A DNA stretch of 64,000 bases from an uncultured Flavobacteriaceae bacterium. Its GTDB lineage: Bacteria; Bacteroidota; Bacteroidia; NS11-12g; UBA955. The DNA is taken from the NCBI GenBank assembly GCA_964475595.1, contig CAYYXG010000003.1:42420-106419 (forward strand), in the 5' to 3' direction. Made by a program: the position numbers and the translations under genes. Positions 40,418-49,580 of the stretch are shown piece after piece; the first letter of the stretch is position 1, and each line of letters starts with the position of its first letter. The notes under the pieces were generated by a model. It was not told where the DNA came from. It searched no databases and was given only the letters and a program-made list of their open reading frames with translations.

Positions 40418-41469
40418 GGGGCTTTATTGCCGGTAAGCTCAAGTTTTTGCTGGCAGTTTTGCTCGGTTTGGTGTTGTTAATTTTTACGCTGTTTATGGCA
40501 TTGCCATCCCCGGAGCAAATTCTCACCGGTCAGCGCAGTGATAAAGCCACTACCACCGCCATTATTAAGGATCTTGGGCTGGATAAACCCAAATGGGAGC
40601 AATTGCTGCTGTATGTCAATGACCTTTCGCCGGTATCTTATTATGGCCATGAAAGTCCGAGGTTATCGCAAACCGGTGGAATAACGGTTAGCAAACTAGA
40701 GTCAGGTAAAATTCTATTGAAAACGCCCTATCTGCGAACCAGTTTTCAAAGTAAAAAACCCGTTTCTGAAATTATTTCTGATGCATTCACCGGTACACTT
40801 ATGCTGGCATGCACTGCACTTTTGATTGCACTTCTTATAGGTATACCCTTGGGCGTGTTTTCTGCCGTAAAAAGGGGTACCCCGATAGACAATTTCATTG
40901 TGGCTGTTTCTGCAGCGGGAATTTCACTTCCTGCATTTTTTAGCGCAATGTTAATCGCATGGCTTTTTGGGTTTGTATGGAGGCAATATACCGGACTGGA
41001 AATGACAGGCAGTTTGTGGGAAGTGGATCCCATGGGAGAGGGACGCTATCTGGCTTGGAAAAATCTGATTTTACCTTCCATAGCATTGGGATTAAGACCC
41101 TTGGCGGTGTTTGTTCAGCTTACCCGCAATACGATGGTAGATATTTTGTACCAGGATTATATAAGAACTGCCAGAGCCAAAGGCCTGTCCGAAAGAAAAG
41201 TTATTTGGGTGCACGCCTTTCCCAATGCGGTGAATCCATTGGTGACTTCCATAGGAGGTTGGCTCAGCAGTCTGTTGGCCGGTTCATTTTTTACAGAATA
41301 CATTTTTAATTGGAAGGGATTGGGTAAAGTGGCCATAGACGCCCTACAGAATTCAGACCTTCCTGTGATAATGGGAACTGTACTTTTTACGGCAATAATT
41401 TTCTTTTTTGTCAATCTTCTCACAGAGTTGTGCTATATTTGGCTCGATCCCCGCTTGCGTCATGGATAA
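40414..41469 (+). CDS. ABC transporter permease (Dpp/Opp BPD-type inner-membrane component)
   Basis: 351 aa, 6 TM segments. The EAA-like loop YIRTARAKGLSERKVIWVHAFPNA is typical of DppB/OppB permeases. No cognate ATPase or binding protein is adjacent. Confidence 0.8.
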   Translation: MRGFIAGKLKFLLAVLLGLVLLIFTLFMALPSPEQILTGQRSDKATTTAIIKDLGLDKPKWEQLLLYVNDLSPVSYYGHESPRLSQTGGITVSKLESGKILLKTPYLRTSFQSKKPVSEIISDAFTGTLMLACTALLIALLIGIPLGVFSAVKRGTPIDNFIVAVSAAGISLPAFFSAMLIAWLFGFVWRQYTGLEMTGSLWEVDPMGEGRYLAWKNLILPSIALGLRPLAVFVQLTRNTMVDILYQDYIRTARAKGLSERKVIWVHAFPNAVNPLVTSIGGWLSSLLAGSFFTEYIFNWKGLGKVAIDALQNSDLPVIMGTVLFTAIIFFFVNLLTELCYIWLDPRLRHG

Positions 41470-41971
41470 AATTTATCTTGTAGGATTGCCCGGCTCGGGC
41501 AAAAGTTACACCGGAAAATGGTTGTCTCGTAGAATGGGATGGGATTTCATTGATCTGGATGAACTCATTGAAAAGAATGAGAAAAAAACCATTGCAGAGC
41601 TATTCAAATTGCTGGGTGAAGAAGGTTTCAGAAACATAGAACAAAAATATTTGAAGGCTACTTTTTCCTATAAACAATGCGTAATCAGCTGTGGGGGAGG
41701 AACACCGGCCTGGGGGCAAAATATGGAACTAATGGGGCGTCATGGTCTCACGGTGTACCTAAATACTGAACTTGCCGAAATTGAGAGGCGTCTTGAGGCA
41801 GGTAAGGAAAGCCGTCCTTTGTTGGCTCAAAATCAAAACCTGGGCAATCAAATCTCTGAACTCAACGAAAAAAGAAGGCCTTACTACAGCAGAGCCAAGA
41901 TTATCTGGAATAAAAATGAACCTACCGAGCAGTTTTTTCGTTCACTGGATCGGTTGGTTGCCATTTACTAA
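41462..41971 (+). CDS. aroK: Shikimate kinase
   Basis: The start is most likely the internal ATG at 41462 (MDKIYLVGLPGSGKSYTGKWL). P-loop and SCGGG motif. The longest ORF begins at 41408 inside the permease gene. Confidence 0.9.
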   Translation: MDKIYLVGLPGSGKSYTGKWLSRRMGWDFIDLDELIEKNEKKTIAELFKLLGEEGFRNIEQKYLKATFSYKQCVISCGGGTPAWGQNMELMGRHGLTVYLNTELAEIERRLEAGKESRPLLAQNQNLGNQISELNEKRRPYYSRAKIIWNKNEPTEQFFRSLDRLVAIY

Positions 41972-41985
41972 TTTACTTATTTTAA

Positions 41986-43170
41986 ATGCCGAATATCGGT
42001 AACAGACAGTTTTTTTTACAGCATCTTGCTCAAACCAGCGATGCTCCGTTGTTGCTTGACATCGAACGTGCAGAAGGCCATTACATGTTCGATTTCGAAG
42101 GTAATCGGTATTTTGATCTGATTTCAGGTATTTCTGTTTCATCGCTTGGCCACAGACATCCACAGATATTAGAGGCCATTCAAAATCAGTTGCAGCAATA
42201 CATGCACATCATGGTGTATGGTGAAGTGGTGCAGAGTCCTCAATTACAACTTGCTGAAGCCCTGGGCAAAGTTCTGCCATCGCAACTGGATAATTTCTAT
42301 TTCGTGAATTCCGGAAGCGAAGCCATCGAAGGTGCCATGAAACTGGCAAAACGGTATACCGGAAGGACGTTGTTTTTGGCTCAAACCCATGCTTACCATG
42401 GAGGAACCCAAGGGGCGTTGAGTTTGATGAGCAATGAATATTACAGCGGGCCATACAGGCCACTTCTGCCCAATATTCGGTTTTTGGACGCAGATGATAT
42501 TACTGCACTCAATGAAATGGAAGAGATACCGGCAGCCATTGTGTTGGAGCTTATTCAGGCAGAACGGGGTTCCATTCCTGTTTCAAGAGAATATGCAATG
42601 GCTGTGCGTGAGTTCTGCAATCGCACCGGAGCACTTATGATAGTTGATGAAATACAGACAGGCATGGGCCGCACGGGTACCATGTTTGCTTTTGAACAAT
42701 ATGATATAGTTCCAGACATTCTTGTGTTGGGTAAAGCGCTTGGTGGGGGAATGCCCATGGGAGCATTTATTGCCAATAAGCATGTAATGCATTGTTTGTC
42801 TGAAAATCCGGTTTTGGGACATATAACTACGTTTGGAGGGCACCCCGTTTGTTGCGCCGCGGCTACCGCTGCAGTGAATATAACCGCTGAAAATCTGAGT
42901 TTTTATCGGGTGAAAGAAAAAGAAAAACTGTTCAGGGAATTACTGATTCATCCCAAAATACAAAGGGTAGAAGGGAATGGGTTATTGTTGGCAGCCCATT
43001 TGGATAGTGACCTGACTTGCAAAAAAGTGATTCGCAATGCATTAAATGAAGGCGTATTTACCGACTGGTTTTTATATGCGCCCAATGCGTTGCGTATCGC
43101 ACCACCACTGAGTATTAGCATGGATGAAATACATGATGTCTGTAATGTGTTGGTCAAAGCGTTAAATTAA
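41986..43170 (+). CDS. Class III PLP-dependent aminotransferase (acetylornithine/ornithine aminotransferase-like)
   Basis: 394 aa. GSEAIEGAMKLA, DEIQTGMGRTG, TFGGHP blocks. Confidence 0.85.
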   Translation: MPNIGNRQFFLQHLAQTSDAPLLLDIERAEGHYMFDFEGNRYFDLISGISVSSLGHRHPQILEAIQNQLQQYMHIMVYGEVVQSPQLQLAEALGKVLPSQLDNFYFVNSGSEAIEGAMKLAKRYTGRTLFLAQTHAYHGGTQGALSLMSNEYYSGPYRPLLPNIRFLDADDITALNEMEEIPAAIVLELIQAERGSIPVSREYAMAVREFCNRTGALMIVDEIQTGMGRTGTMFAFEQYDIVPDILVLGKALGGGMPMGAFIANKHVMHCLSENPVLGHITTFGGHPVCCAAATAAVNITAENLSFYRVKEKEKLFRELLIHPKIQRVEGNGLLLAAHLDSDLTCKKVIRNALNEGVFTDWFLYAPNALRIAPPLSISMDEIHDVCNVLVKALN

Positions 43171-43221
43171 CCATCATTTTTGGGGGTAAAATGCCAGAAT
43201 CTTGTTATAAACAATAGAAAA

Positions 43222-44082
43222 ATGAGTAAAATGGGTAAATTCAGCTTCTTGTTAATGGGTGCTATGGTTCTGTTGTTAAGCATCAGTGCTTGCAGTAAAA
43301 TACTGCAGGAAGCCCGCGATAATATTACCAGTGCTGAAGATTTTGCGGCATCTGAAACAGAGGCAGCAGGTCTATTTGATATTTCGGATGATATGAATGA
43401 AACCAATCTGCAATCAACCATTGTTCCTGAGGGCGCAATTTTTCGATGGATTGATTCAGTGAGTGCTGAGAAGGTATATGAGCTCGATTTTGGTCCCCTG
43501 GGTACCACTACTCCAAAGGGAAAATTGTGCGGAGATGGCAGATATCGTGCAGGCAAAGTTCGAATCACTACTTCTTTTCCATACAGCGCCATTGGTGCCG
43601 TGGCTAAAGTTTCCACCACCTCAATCAATCCGTATTATAGTGGAGACGGTACCAGCATGACACAGGTAATTACAGATATTTCCATTAAACGTACCGCAGA
43701 GTATGCCTTTGAAATCAATGTAAATAGCAGTGAATTGATTTTTAGTGACGGCACCACCGCAACCCACTTCGGTGTCAGAAATGTAACCAAGATGTCAGGG
43801 CAAAACACGCCTGGAATTTGGGGAGATGAGTATGAGGTTACCGGCAATGGAGGTGGCATTAATCGCGATGGCGAGGCCTACAACTGGAATGTGACAACAC
43901 CTTTGGTGAAGAGATTGCAGCTGGGTTGTGCCAGAACATTTGTAAAAGGAGTTATCACCATTGAAAACGAAGCGGCCCGTAATCCCCTTGAAGTGGACTT
44001 TGATCCTTTCAATAATGCCGCTTGTGATCGCACCGCCAAAGCCATTTTTGGAAACCGCAGCGTTAACTTTACGGTGCGCTAG
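43222..44082 (+). CDS. Hypothetical lipoprotein (paralog A)
   Basis: Signal peptide with a Cys (MSKMGKFSFLLMGAMVLLLSISAC). The C-terminus reads VDFDPFNNAACDRTAKAIFGNRSVNFTV. Paralogous to the next gene. Confidence 0.6.
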   Translation: MSKMGKFSFLLMGAMVLLLSISACSKILQEARDNITSAEDFAASETEAAGLFDISDDMNETNLQSTIVPEGAIFRWIDSVSAEKVYELDFGPLGTTTPKGKLCGDGRYRAGKVRITTSFPYSAIGAVAKVSTTSINPYYSGDGTSMTQVITDISIKRTAEYAFEINVNSSELIFSDGTTATHFGVRNVTKMSGQNTPGIWGDEYEVTGNGGGINRDGEAYNWNVTTPLVKRLQLGCARTFVKGVITIENEAARNPLEVDFDPFNNAACDRTAKAIFGNRSVNFTVR

Positions 44083-44096
44083 TGTAACTTTGCCTC

Positions 44097-44855
44097 ATGC
44101 GGAATGTTATTGGCTTGTGGGGGGCCATATTGCTGTTGTTTGTAGGCTGTAGTAAGCAAGAGGATATTCGGTCCTCTTTTAACCCCGCCATTGATAATGC
44201 CATCATATTTCAGGGCTTGGCAGCCCATGCTTTTTTGCCTACGGCAGAGGTGTTGAGAGACTGGGGAAATTCCCGTTCGGCAGGTCCCTTCCTTTTACTC
44301 ACAGATAGCGGAATATGGTTTGATTATAAAGCAGGAATTACTTGTCCGGATGGATTGACCCGTAAGGGGAAATGCCTCATAAAAAACGGATTTGGATTGA
44401 ATGGATTTCAAGACACTTGCTGGATGATGGCATATCCTGTAGACAGTTTTGCTGTATTCGGGAATAAAGGACCTGTGTATTTGGCCGGTCGGTTAACATT
44501 GTTGGTAAAATCGGCGTACGCCATTGAAATATCCGGAACCGGCGAAATAAGCATGTCGAGGGGTTCCTACCCATTTGTGGTGAATGGCAATATTCAATTG
44601 GATCCTCAGGGGCAAACCACCCGAAGTGCCAAATTTAAAACCAACTGGGATACTGAATTTACCCTGGTTGGACAAGAACAATACCAATATAAGGTAATTC
44701 GCGCCAATGATTGTTTTCCCTGCTTTTCTCTGGGTAATGGTAATAACCAAGCCCGTCAAATCCAAATTGACTTCAATCCGTTTAACAACACCGCCTGTGA
44801 TCCTGTGGTAAAGTTTACCTCTGGCAGGGATGAGTGGCTGGAGGATTTATGGTAA
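44097..44855 (+). CDS. Hypothetical lipoprotein (paralog B)
   Basis: Signal peptide plus lipobox (LLFVGCSKQ). The C-terminal IDFNPFNNTACDPVVKFTSG is shared with paralog A. 14 bp downstream of paralog A. Confidence 0.6.
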   Translation: MRNVIGLWGAILLLFVGCSKQEDIRSSFNPAIDNAIIFQGLAAHAFLPTAEVLRDWGNSRSAGPFLLLTDSGIWFDYKAGITCPDGLTRKGKCLIKNGFGLNGFQDTCWMMAYPVDSFAVFGNKGPVYLAGRLTLLVKSAYAIEISGTGEISMSRGSYPFVVNGNIQLDPQGQTTRSAKFKTNWDTEFTLVGQEQYQYKVIRANDCFPCFSLGNGNNQARQIQIDFNPFNNTACDPVVKFTSGRDEWLEDLW

Positions 44856-45320
44856 GCCACATAGTTTAACAGGCGGCTCAGACGGTTTCAGTGCGTTGTT
44901 TTCAAAATGTAGCCATGCGTGATGATGCCCATTGGTTACCCACAGCCACGGACAATTGTATGATTTATTGTAAACCGATGCCTGCAAAACCGTTTCGGTG
45001 GTTATTTTAACCTCCGGTGCTTTCACTTCCACCAAACAGGAAAAAGGCCGGTCACTGCATGAGACCATTACATCAAAGCGTTTTTTCAATCCATTAAACT
45101 GAAGTTCTCTTTCCACAGAAATCATGGAAAAAGAAACCCCGAAATGCTCATGCAAATGCCGAATTACGTGCTGTCTGACCCATTCTTCCGGTGTTAGGGG
45201 GATAAATTTTTTTCGTACCGGGTCAAAAATCAGTTTTTTTTGTCCAACGATTTCAAATGTAAATTCGTAAACAGGAAAATGAAGCGCTTCCAACGCCGTG
45301 AAATTAACACAAAATGTCAA
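44847..45320 (-). CDS. Standalone HsdR-N-terminal-like PD-(D/E)XK domain protein
   Basis: 157 aa. FDPVRKKFIPLTPEEWVRQH...RFDVMV...LVEVK resembles the N-terminal nuclease-fold domain of type I restriction HsdR subunits, without helicase domains. Confidence 0.65.
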   Translation of the reverse strand: MTFCVNFTALEALHFPVYEFTFEIVGQKKLIFDPVRKKFIPLTPEEWVRQHVIRHLHEHFGVSFSMISVERELQFNGLKKRFDVMVSCSDRPFSCLVEVKAPEVKITTETVLQASVYNKSYNCPWLWVTNGHHHAWLHFENNALKPSEPPVKLCGLP

Positions 45321-46333
45321 AACAGTCTGGAACCATAGATCAATTTATCAGTCTTAGCAAGCGATTTGCATCCAAAGACTGGGCTCCCCTGATTTTGTTA
45401 CAGGGCGAAGAAAGCTGGTTTATTGACGCTTTGACAGCAAAAATAGAAGAGGGCGCATTATCAGAAGCAGAGCGCAGCTTCAATCAGACCATTGTTTATG
45501 GTAAGGAAATAAAATCTGCCGAACTGGCCGGTATTGTGAGAAGGTATCCCATGATGAGTAATTTTCAGCTGGTGGTTTTGAAGGAAGCCCAGAATCTGGA
45601 AAACTGGGATATTCTGCTGCCTTATCTGGAGGCGCCTCTATCAAGCACCATCTTTGTCATTGCCTATAAAAATGGCAAAATGGATAGCAGAACCAAGGTT
45701 TACAAGGCCATAGCCAAAGGTATCGTATACACGGCTGATAAGCTGCGCGATTATCAGGTGAAAGGGTGGATTCCTCAGTTTTGTCATTTAAAAGGCCGAA
45801 GCATTGACAATGCCGCCGTAGATATGCTGGTGGATTTGTTGGGAGCAGATTTAACCCTCATTCACAATGAACTTGAAAAAATGTTCATTACCGTAAAGGA
45901 TGAATTTATCCGGCAACACCATGTGGAGCAGCAGGTTGGATTTAACCGGGAATACAATGTGTTCGAACTGCAATCAGCCCTTGGAATGAAAGATTTTAAT
46001 CGCAGTATCCAGATAGCGCATCAAATGGGAGTTAGGGCGGAAAGAGGAGAGATACACCGCGTTGTGCCGGTGCTTTTTGGTTTCTTCAATAAGGTAGTTT
46101 CTGCTCATTACCTAATGGCCAAAAGCGATCAGGAAATGGCCTCTGAACTGGGGGTAAATCCCTTTTTTGTGAAAGATTATCGTCTGGCAGCCCGTAATTA
46201 CAATATGAATGACCTTGAAAAGGCGCTTGGTCAGATAAAATTTCTCGATTTGCGACTCAAAGGTGTTCACAGAGGAAGTGCCGAAGATGGTGATTTATTG
46301 GTAGAAGCAGTTTTGGGGATTTTAAAAAATTGA
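45314..46333 (+). CDS. holA: DNA polymerase III delta subunit
   Basis: 339 aa. N-terminal LLQGEESWFIDALTAKI and overall HolA-like organisation. Confidence 0.8.
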   Translation: MSKQSGTIDQFISLSKRFASKDWAPLILLQGEESWFIDALTAKIEEGALSEAERSFNQTIVYGKEIKSAELAGIVRRYPMMSNFQLVVLKEAQNLENWDILLPYLEAPLSSTIFVIAYKNGKMDSRTKVYKAIAKGIVYTADKLRDYQVKGWIPQFCHLKGRSIDNAAVDMLVDLLGADLTLIHNELEKMFITVKDEFIRQHHVEQQVGFNREYNVFELQSALGMKDFNRSIQIAHQMGVRAERGEIHRVVPVLFGFFNKVVSAHYLMAKSDQEMASELGVNPFFVKDYRLAARNYNMNDLEKALGQIKFLDLRLKGVHRGSAEDGDLLVEAVLGILKN

Positions 46334-46405
46334 TATTATTCTGACTTTTTAAAGTAATTTGGTATATGAAAAAAATGTTAATTTGCATTCAATATCAACT
46401 TACCT

Positions 46406-48358
46406 ATGAAGAAATTATACTTTTTATTAAGTTTAACTGCCGCGTCTTTCGCACTGAAAGCACAGGGCGTTAAAATTCCTTTGAATGCGGACTTTGCTGT
46501 CCCGATGAAAAAAGGAACAAGCAAGGTTTATCAAGACCATCCTGGCAATGGCGGAAACTCAGCGGGTGCTAAAATTAACTCGCGCGGTGTTTCTTACACC
46601 AATTTTATCAAAATCGGTACGTCCTACTACGACCTGCAAAGCAATTATGCAATGCCTCACAGACTTCTGGTACATCCTAACGGGTCTGTTTCAGCTACGT
46701 GGACTACCAGTGCCAATGACTTTGCAGGTTTCCCTTTGAGGGGTTCAGGTTACAACTACCGCAATGTTGACATGGCAAATAAATGGTTAACCCCTGACAG
46801 CAATCGGGTAGAACCCAATGATCGTACAGGTTGGCCCAACATTGGCATTTTACGTGATGGTAGTGAGTTTGTCATCGGTCACGAGGCAAACCAAGGAGGT
46901 TTCATTATGACCAAAAACAATGGTTCCGGTACCAGACCTTCGGTAAGTACCAAAATTCTTTCTGAACCCCCATACAAGCCCATCTGGGCCCGCACTGCCA
47001 ATAGCGGTGATACCATTCACCTGGTTTGCAGTTATGCCGATTCTGCACAACCTAATGAGAAACGCGCTCCCCTTCGCAAAGGAATTTTTGCTCCCATGGT
47101 ATATAGCCGCAGTGTGGATGCCGGTGTTACCTGGGATATTGTACACCAGATGCTGCCCGATTATGACAGTACGTTAACCAATAATGGCGGATCAGATCAA
47201 TATGCCATAGACGTAATGGACTCTGTAGTTGCCATTGTAAACGCAGACAGATTTCAGGGCGTCGTGCTTTGGAAATCAACTGATGCCGGAACTACCTTCA
47301 AACGTACTATTGTAGATACTTTCCCCTATGCTCCTTATGTAACTTCCGAACCCATGTTGGATACAGTCATTACCAATGATGGCACTTGCGATGTAATCAT
47401 TGATAAAAACGGCAAGGTTCATGTTTTTTGGGGAATTGGCAGGTTGGGTGACAATGATACTACCGATGAGTCCATCCTAGACTTTTTTGCGGAGCAAGGG
47501 ATTGGATATTGGAATGAAAATATTGGTGTCGGAAAATCCATTGTAGACCCGCTTGCGTTTGATAGAGACGGAGATAATGAAATCCGCTTGCATGCGGCTA
47601 CTTTTTACCGGTTAGATCAAAATGGCAATTTTCCCACTCTATCTAATGGAGCAACCCTGCAACATTGTGCCAGACTTACCACTACCAACCCTATGCGTCA
47701 ACCCAACGTGGCCATGGATGACAGTGGCTATCTATACTGCGTATTCTCTGTGCCTATTGAAGGGGATATCTATGACCTAGGAGCCAACTATCGCGATATT
47801 GCTGTTGTTAGCAGTAAAGATGGTGGCCTTACCTGGAGCACTCCTCAGGATCTTACTCAAGTTCTAACCCGTGAAGAAGATTTTCCTTCCGTAGCCCGCA
47901 GGGCCAATGGATTCCTGCACCTCATGTGGCAGCAGGATGCGATACCCGGTAATAACTTGAGCAATAATAATGATGTTGCACTAAATCACCCGGCTGTTCT
48001 CAACGATATCATGTATCAGGCCATACCTGTTAAGGATATTTTAGAGAATAAAATTGGCATGATATGGGGTGTGAATGTAGACAAACCCAACACAGGCGAA
48101 GTGATGCTGGTGAACCAGAATTATCCGAATCCATTTACCGGTATTTCCAATGTGATGGTGTGGATGTCAGCCCCAGGCGATATCAAGCTGGAGGTTCATA
48201 ACATTGCAGGTATGTTGGTTCACAGCCATACCTTCTCCGGATTGAATCGCGGCAATCATGTGCTTCCAATCGATGCTTCGCGTCTTTCTGCCGGCGTATA
48301 CACCTACAGTCTAATCAGCGGTGGCAGTAAGGTTTCACGCACCATGATGGTACATTAA
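46406..48358 (+). CDS. BNR/Asp-box repeat (sialidase-like beta-propeller) protein with T9SS type-A C-terminal sorting domain
   Basis: Signal peptide MKKLYFLLSLTAASFALKAQ. Asp-box repeats SVDAGVTWD, STDAGTTFK and SKDGGLTWS. The C-terminal NQNYPNPFTG...LEVHNIAGMLVHS...LSAGVYTYSLISGG is a T9SS CTD. Confidence 0.8.
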   Translation: MKKLYFLLSLTAASFALKAQGVKIPLNADFAVPMKKGTSKVYQDHPGNGGNSAGAKINSRGVSYTNFIKIGTSYYDLQSNYAMPHRLLVHPNGSVSATWTTSANDFAGFPLRGSGYNYRNVDMANKWLTPDSNRVEPNDRTGWPNIGILRDGSEFVIGHEANQGGFIMTKNNGSGTRPSVSTKILSEPPYKPIWARTANSGDTIHLVCSYADSAQPNEKRAPLRKGIFAPMVYSRSVDAGVTWDIVHQMLPDYDSTLTNNGGSDQYAIDVMDSVVAIVNADRFQGVVLWKSTDAGTTFKRTIVDTFPYAPYVTSEPMLDTVITNDGTCDVIIDKNGKVHVFWGIGRLGDNDTTDESILDFFAEQGIGYWNENIGVGKSIVDPLAFDRDGDNEIRLHAATFYRLDQNGNFPTLSNGATLQHCARLTTTNPMRQPNVAMDDSGYLYCVFSVPIEGDIYDLGANYRDIAVVSSKDGGLTWSTPQDLTQVLTREEDFPSVARRANGFLHLMWQQDAIPGNNLSNNNDVALNHPAVLNDIMYQAIPVKDILENKIGMIWGVNVDKPNTGEVMLVNQNYPNPFTGISNVMVWMSAPGDIKLEVHNIAGMLVHSHTFSGLNRGNHVLPIDASRLSAGVYTYSLISGGSKVSRTMMVH

Positions 48359-48375
48359 TTCCTGAAAATAATTTT

Positions 48376-48406
48376 AAAAAGGGCCTTCATGAGAAGGCCT
48401 TTTTTA
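48376..48406 (+). terminator. Rho-independent terminator
   Basis: AAAAAGGGCCTTC-ATGA-GAAGGCCTTTTTT hairpin, 18 bp after the BNR gene stop. Confidence 0.75.
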
Positions 48407-48423
48407 TTTCCTATTTTTGTATC

Positions 48424-48636
48424 ATGTTCAAAACCGGACACTTTTATCACTTTTTAACAGCCGCAGTATTTATCTGTATGGGTATATATTTCTGGTTTCT
48501 TAATCCTGAAGCACTGACATTAAAGGGAATTAACCCCATGTGGTTTGGAGGAGTTTTGCTGATTTGGGGTGTTTTTCGCGGAATTAATGGTTTTCTGATG
48601 CTGCGTAAAAAAAGAAATAATCAGCATGACCAATAA
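48424..48636 (+). CDS. Small two-TM membrane protein (hypothetical)
   Basis: 70 aa with two hydrophobic helices and a basic tail. Overlaps the downstream binding-protein gene by 11 bp. Confidence 0.5.
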   Translation: MFKTGHFYHFLTAAVFICMGIYFWFLNPEALTLKGINPMWFGGVLLIWGVFRGINGFLMLRKKRNNQHDQ

Positions 48637-49522
48637 GTGGATTGTGCTATTAGGCCTATGTTTGTCGGCTTGCACCAATTTTGATTATCAGAGCGAAGGC
48701 AAGGATGTGCCTACCGCCGGGAAGATTACCATCTGGGCAGATTTTGGTGATTCCCTGATGTTAACGCAAATGACTGAAGTTTTCGTTTCCAAGTATCCTA
48801 AGGCATTTTTGCAGTTTAAATTCACCTCTGAAACCGAGATTTTAAAAGCGGTAAACTCCGGAATTTGTAGGGTTTGCATATTGCACCGAGATTTGAACGC
48901 TCAGGAAAAAGAAGCCCTGGAAAATCGCAGTTTTAAGGTGCGTAGTGCAAAATTTGCCAGATCATCCATTGCTTTGGTGACCCATAAAAATTCATCCATG
49001 GATGTAATCACCGAAACAGAATTAAAACAGAGTTTGAGCGGGAATGCTGCCAACAACAATTTAAAATGGGTATTTGACAGATTGGGGGGAAACAACTACA
49101 TGTATTTTTATCGGCGTTTTAAACTTGCTAATCAGACTGCAGGGTCGGTTGTTTCAATGCCTAATCCCTACGGCGTATTGGATTGGGTAATCGCCCACCC
49201 GGGCTCCATTGGCTTTGTCGGTATCAATGTCCTTGCAGATAAGTCTGATACTTTGGCCAGGCACTATCAGCGAAAAGTGAAAATTTTGAGGGTGCTAACA
49301 GACACAACCGAAGCATCCTACCCGTTTCAGTCTCAAATTTTTACGCGACAATACCCCTATACCCAAGATGTGTTTATTCATGATTTACAGGGATATTCCG
49401 GCTTGGGAAGTGGTTTAGCGGCTTGGTTATGTTCTCAACCCGGGCAAATTATGGTAAAGAAAAGTGGACTATTACCCTGCTTTGACGCAGGAAGAACGGT
49501 AGAAGTGAATACCCAAGAATAA
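48626..49522 (+). CDS. PstS-like (PBP superfamily) periplasmic substrate-binding lipoprotein, putative phosphate-binding
   Basis: Lipoprotein signal LLGLCLSAC. Overall resemblance to the PstS-like PBP family (ITIWADFGDS...). No permease or ATPase partners are nearby. Confidence 0.55.
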   Translation: MTNKWIVLLGLCLSACTNFDYQSEGKDVPTAGKITIWADFGDSLMLTQMTEVFVSKYPKAFLQFKFTSETEILKAVNSGICRVCILHRDLNAQEKEALENRSFKVRSAKFARSSIALVTHKNSSMDVITETELKQSLSGNAANNNLKWVFDRLGGNNYMYFYRRFKLANQTAGSVVSMPNPYGVLDWVIAHPGSIGFVGINVLADKSDTLARHYQRKVKILRVLTDTTEASYPFQSQIFTRQYPYTQDVFIHDLQGYSGLGSGLAAWLCSQPGQIMVKKSGLLPCFDAGRTVEVNTQE

Positions 49523-49580
49523 ATTTGGATTAATTTTTGATTGTTTCTTCTTAAAGCGTTCAACTTATATTTTTTTTGCA

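Noticed and set aside
44847-45320. HsdR-N-like protein as evidence of a type I restriction-modification system
   Set aside because: No HsdM, HsdS or helicase domains are present in the window. The protein is a standalone nuclease-fold domain next to holA, so it is not called as a defence system.
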